Shown here in pieces: positions 59,986 through 64,000 of a stretch of DNA of 64,000 nucleotides. The notes under the pieces are model-generated. The model saw only the letters and a list, made by a program, of their open reading frames with translations. It had not been told where the DNA came from and did no database searches. The translations under genes were made by a program, and so were the position numbers. This stretch comes from an uncultured Verrucomicrobiae bacterium (lineage in GTDB: Bacteria > Verrucomicrobiota > Verrucomicrobiia > Chthoniobacterales > UBA10450). Each line of letters begins with the position of its first letter. Within the stretch, counting starts at the first letter, position 1. The stretch spans positions 255,264-319,263 of the forward strand of contig CAVYXA010000005.1 of the NCBI GenBank assembly GCA_963772365.1, in the 5' to 3' direction.

Positions 59986-60233
59986 ATGAAGAATCAGCTT
60001 ACCATCGACAATCTGCACGTGGAGATCGCCGGCCAGGAAATCGTTCGCGGCTTGAGCCTGACCGGTCCCCTCCGCGGGGAGGTGCATGCCATCAGGGACC
60101 GAATGACTCAGGCAAAAGCACCCTAGCCAAGGTGCTGGCCGGTCATCCCGATTACCATGTAAAAAAAGGCGAAGTTTTCATGGACGGCGAAAACATCCTC
60201 GCACTCGAACCGGATGAGCGCGCACAGTTTTAG
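59986..60233 (+). pseudogene. Truncated Fe-S assembly ATPase SufC remnant
   Basis: [21 protein letters not shown]…[26 protein letters not shown]…LEPDERA then stop; frameshifted. Confidence 0.75.
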
Positions 60234-60317
60234 ATCAACGCCTGAGCGTGGCGGAAAAAATTGATCTCAAATTGTCCTGGCTTGATCTTGGCGCGACTTT
60301 TTGGTTGAAATCGCAGT

Positions 60318-61094
60318 GTGTCCCCTGCTGAGGATGAAGTGACTTCAGCGGCCGCGTTCGGTCGGGCCGCTGCCGGAGAACACGCCGGGGCCGCATTTAC
60401 GACCACGCATTGGAGCGTGGTGTTGACCGCGCAAGGTGAATCGCCAGCGGCACAACAAGCGCTCGAAAAACTTTGCCGCACGTACTGGCGACCCATCTAT
60501 AGCTTCTTGCGGCGACAGAGTATTCGGCCAGAGGAGGCGGAGGATCTCACCCAGGGGTTTTTTGTGCAGCTATTGGAGCGCAAGAGTCTCGATGCCGTTC
60601 GCAAGGAAAAAGGACGACTTCGTTCTTATCTGCTCGGGGCAATGAAATATTTTCTGGCCGACGAACAGCGTCGCGCGATGGCGATCAAGCGGGGGAAAGG
60701 ACAGCGGCTCATCCCATTGGAAGAACTGCGTTCTGAAAACCGTGTCGAGATGGAACCAGCAGATCCAGTGACTGCTGAAATGATCTACGAACGCCGGTGG
60801 GCCTTGACGGTTCTGGAACAGGTGCTCGACCGATTAAAGAATGAATACCGGACGGCAGGTAATGCCGCGTTGTTTGATTCGTTGAAGCAATTGCTGCCGG
60901 ATGAACCGGGCTCGCCGTCACAGGCGGAGATCGCCGCGCAATTAGGCATGACCGAAAATGCCCTCCGGCAGGCGTTTTACCGATTTCGGCAACGCTATCA
61001 ATCGTTATTGCGAGAGGAAATTGCCCACACGGTTGCGACACCTGGCGATATCGAAGATGAGCTGCGCCATCTCATCGCCGTGGTCGAGGCGTAA
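60318..61094 (+). CDS. ECF RNA polymerase sigma factor (kinase-associated type)
   Basis: FTTTHWSVV, LCRTYWRPIY, AEDLTQGFF, KRG, ERRWA, IEDELRHL. Confidence 0.88.
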   Translation: MSPAEDEVTSAAAFGRAAAGEHAGAAFTTTHWSVVLTAQGESPAAQQALEKLCRTYWRPIYSFLRRQSIRPEEAEDLTQGFFVQLLERKSLDAVRKEKGRLRSYLLGAMKYFLADEQRRAMAIKRGKGQRLIPLEELRSENRVEMEPADPVTAEMIYERRWALTVLEQVLDRLKNEYRTAGNAALFDSLKQLLPDEPGSPSQAEIAAQLGMTENALRQAFYRFRQRYQSLLREEIAHTVATPGDIEDELRHLIAVVEA

Positions 61095-61148
61095 CGCATG
61101 GGAGAATCTTACGGAGTACAAACGGAGAGTACGCGGGAGACTCCGACC

Positions 61149-64000
61149 ATGCCTAGGGTAATCAGAATTTGCCGAAAGTGCGGCGCGAAAATCTTTTCTG
61201 ACGCCCCTGAAGGGCTTTGCGCCAGATGCGTGCTGAAGATCGCGCTACAGATGCCTCCGGAGGGATCTGTAGTCGGGGTCGCTGACCCCGGCGGCATGGA
61301 CAAACCCTCACGCGGCGATGCAACAGCTGCGCCCGATGGGAAAAAAGCAACGCGGGCTGCCGAGCTGCTGGGAGAGTTGGGTGATTACGAATTGCTGGAA
61401 GAGATTGGTCGCGGCGGGCAGGGCGTGGTATTTCGCGCGCGCCAGAAAAGTCTCAACCGCACCGTCGCTTTAAAAGTTATCAGCCTTGGTCAGTGGGCGA
61501 GCAAAGCGCACTTGAAACGCTTTCGCCTCGAAGCGGAAGCGGCAGCTCGCCTGGAGCATCCCGGTATCGTTCCCATCCATGAAGTTGGCGAGCGCGATGG
61601 CCAGTGCTACTTCAGCATGAAGTTTATAGAAGGCGGCCAGCTTGACGAAGTAACCAAGTCCGCCACGGCCGATTCGTCCTGTGGCGAACGCACGCCGATG
61701 TCGATCCGGCAGGCGGTCGAATTAATCGCGAAAGTAACTCGCACCGTGCATTACGCGCATGAACACGGGATTCTGCATCGCGACATCAAGCCGGGAAACA
61801 TTTTGCTGGATCAAAAAGGCGAACCGCACCTGACAGATTTTGGTCTCGCGCGCTTGGTCGAGACGGAAAGCACGGTCACGCGCACGCTGGAAGTTTTGGG
61901 CACGCCCAGTTACATGGCGCCAGAGCAAGCAGTGGGAAACAACGCGGCTGTCGCTAAGGCCACAGATGTCTATGGAATTGGCGCGGTTCTTTATCAATTG
62001 CTGACAGGTCAGCCGCCCTTTGCCGGAGGTACAACGTACGAGACGATCAAATTGCTGCTGGATACTGAGCCGCGGCAACCGCGCCTTTTAAATCCAAAAG
62101 TAGATCGCGATCTCTCAACAATCTGCCTCAAGTGTCTCGAGAAAGATCCAAACCGCCGCTACTCCTCCGCTCTCGCGCTGGCTGAAGATCTCGAACGTTG
62201 GCTAAAGCATCAACCGATTCAGGCGCGCCACACTGGAATTTTCGCTCGGGCGAAGAAATGGGTGCAACGCAATCCAAGCAGCGCGCTACTTGCAGCGTCT
62301 CTGGTTGCTCTGGCGGCGGCCGCTGGCTGGATAGTTTGGAAGAGTGAATGGCTCCGGCAACCGCTAACAACTGGAATCGCCGTTCTGCCGTTTGAAAATC
62401 TCAGCGAGCAAAAAGAACAGGCGGCGTTCGCCGACGGTGTGCAAGACGACATTTTGACCAAGCTGGCAAAGATTGCTGATCTCAAGGTGATCAGCCGCAC
62501 GAGCGTGATGCGATACCGTGGCAAGCAGAACGTGCGCGAAATAGGCGATGCGCTCCGCGTTTCCCACGTGCTGGAGGGAACAGTGAGGCGTTCTGCCGGG
62601 AAAGTGCATATCAACGCCCAGTTGGTGGACGCTCGCACCGATACCCACCTCTGGGCCGAGCAATACAATCGCGACTTGAGTGATGTGTTCGCCATCGAAT
62701 CGGAAGTCGCGCAATCAATCGCAAATCGACTTAGATCCAAAATTTCAGCTCGCGAAAAAGCGGCCATGCAAGAGTGGCCTACCAAAGACCTTGCCGCCTA
62801 CGATCTTTATGTTCGCGCAACGGCTTTGATCGAAAAGGCTACATACGAGGGAGGTGAAGAGCAAACGAAGGATGACTTCCAAGCGGTGGACTTGCTCAAT
62901 CAGGCAGTCGCCCGTGACCCAAGTTTTCTTCTTGCATATTGCCGGTTGGCTGAGGCGCACAATGAGCTCTACTTCCGGGGCGATGATCGCACGCCCAACC
63001 GACTCGCCTTGGCAAAGGCAGCAATTGATGCCGCTTGTCGCCTAAAACCAGATTCAGGCGAAGCGCACTTTGCCCTGGCTGACCATCTTTACCACGGCTA
63101 CTTCGATTACGACCGAGCCCGCGACGAGCTGGCCATTGCCCTCCGCACCTTGCCCAACAACGCACAAATTTTTGGCTTGAGTGCCGCCATTGATCGAAGA
63201 CAGGGCCGTTGGCACGATGCCGCGCGTAATCACGAGCGCGCAATGGAGCTGGACCCGCGAAACGTGGCGACTCTCATTGCTGCCGCAGTGACTTACAGGT
63301 CTTTGCGGGACTATAGACAGGCTCTGGCGATTTTCGATCGTATCATTGCTCTGGAACCACAGGATATTCTTTACCGGCTTCGGCGCGCCCGGGTCGAGAT
63401 GTGGGAGCGAGCCGATCTTCGACCGATGCAGGATGTTCTGGGAAAGAACTTCACCGATAACCCTGCATTGTTGAGAACCCACCCGTCGGATTGCTTTTTT
63501 GTCGCTTTATGGGCGCGCGACCCTGTTGCGGCTGATAACGTACTCGCAGCGACTGCAGCGATGACCGACGATACTTTTGGAGCAAGAATAGGATTTGTCG
63601 GTTTTACCCGCGCTTACGCGAAAGGTCTGGTTGCTCGGATGAAAGGAGACAAGGACGGTGCACGCGCCGCCTTTAACACCGCGCGCATAGAACAGGAGAA
63701 AGTTGTCCGCGCACAGCCCGATTATTGGACGCAGAGCGCTGAACTTTGCCTCCTCGGCCTGATTGATGCCGCACTTGGGCGAAAACAAGAAGCCCTCAGC
63801 GAGGGTCGCCGGGCGGCGGCGGAGCTTCTACCGCTAACAAAAAATGCGCTCGACGGCGCGGACATCCTTTATTTTAATGCTGTGATCTGTGCGCAGGTTG
63901 GCGAGCGCGACCTAGCTATTGAACAGCTTAAAACACTCGCGAAAATCCCGGCTGGCGCGTCTTACGGTGAGCTTCGCCTCGATCCCTTTTGGGACCCGCT
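61149..64000 (+). CDS. Ser/Thr protein kinase with N-terminal CxxC..CxxC, TM, TolB-like and TPR regions; partial at right edge
   Basis: CRKCG…CARC; GRGGQGVV, VALK, HRDIKPGN, TDFGLA, YMAPEQ; IAVLPFENLS; ends YGELRLDPFWDP in the same frame. Confidence 0.9.
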   Translation, partial: MPRVIRICRKCGAKIFSDAPEGLCARCVLKIALQMPPEGSVVGVADPGGMDKPSRGDATAAPDGKKATRAAELLGELGDYELLEEIGRGGQGVVFRARQKSLNRTVALKVISLGQWASKAHLKRFRLEAEAAARLEHPGIVPIHEVGERDGQCYFSMKFIEGGQLDEVTKSATADSSCGERTPMSIRQAVELIAKVTRTVHYAHEHGILHRDIKPGNILLDQKGEPHLTDFGLARLVETESTVTRTLEVLGTPSYMAPEQAVGNNAAVAKATDVYGIGAVLYQLLTGQPPFAGGTTYETIKLLLDTEPRQPRLLNPKVDRDLSTICLKCLEKDPNRRYSSALALAEDLERWLKHQPIQARHTGIFARAKKWVQRNPSSALLAASLVALAAAAGWIVWKSEWLRQPLTTGIAVLPFENLSEQKEQAAFADGVQDDILTKLAKIADLKVISRTSVMRYRGKQNVREIGDALRVSHVLEGTVRRSAGKVHINAQLVDARTDTHLWAEQYNRDLSDVFAIESEVAQSIANRLRSKISAREKAAMQEWPTKDLAAYDLYVRATALIEKATYEGGEEQTKDDFQAVDLLNQAVARDPSFLLAYCRLAEAHNELYFRGDDRTPNRLALAKAAIDAACRLKPDSGEAHFALADHLYHGYFDYDRARDELAIALRTLPNNAQIFGLSAAIDRRQGRWHDAARNHERAMELDPRNVATLIAAAVTYRSLRDYRQALAIFDRIIALEPQDILYRLRRARVEMWERADLRPMQDVLGKNFTDNPALLRTHPSDCFFVALWARDPVAADNVLAATAAMTDDTFGARIGFVGFTRAYAKGLVARMKGDKDGARAAFNTARIEQEKVVRAQPDYWTQSAELCLLGLIDAALGRKQEALSEGRRAAAELLPLTKNALDGADILYFNAVICAQVGERDLAIEQLKTLAKIPAGASYGELRLDPFWDP

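Overview
64-kb window of a bacterial chromosome that looks like a soil Verrucomicrobiota (Chthoniobacterales/Spartobacteria-like). This is inferred from PEP-CTERM/VPxSG-CTERM proteins, an ECF sigma plus Ser/Thr kinase-TPR pair, RpoA beginning [11 protein letters not shown], and many short palindromic repeats. Most of it is core or housekeeping: pilB-like ATPase cluster, TPM/TPM/lemA, rnc, thiD, ferredoxin, TSUP-USP, OmpA/Pal, tRNA-Thr/Ser/Gln, rpoA-rplQ, DEAD helicase, peptidases, rpsN, LptF/G, 2-oxoacid:ferredoxin oxidoreductase, pyrE and a POT transporter. Many single-base frameshifts, including in rplQ and rpsN, point to uncorrected long-read errors. An accessory region (~37.4-47.3 kb) holds three TA-type loci, a DUF2075-type nuclease-helicase and nuclease gene remnants. 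It also holds a 4.9-kb segment bracketed by direct GTCAAGATTTG..CTGACCCCCAATTC sites with nested, end-anchored tandem duplications. That segment carries vapBC, an AlkP-TPR-sulfotransferase fusion and a VPETG-CTERM surface protein; the boundary sites and the enzyme/surface-protein pair are the best candidates for undescribed systems. Also notable are a membrane pseudokinase, repeat elements inserted in frame inside proteins, an 81-bp MITE-like element disrupting hicB, a cysK deletion scar, and an rpoA-rplQ unit detached from rpsMKD with a structured leader.
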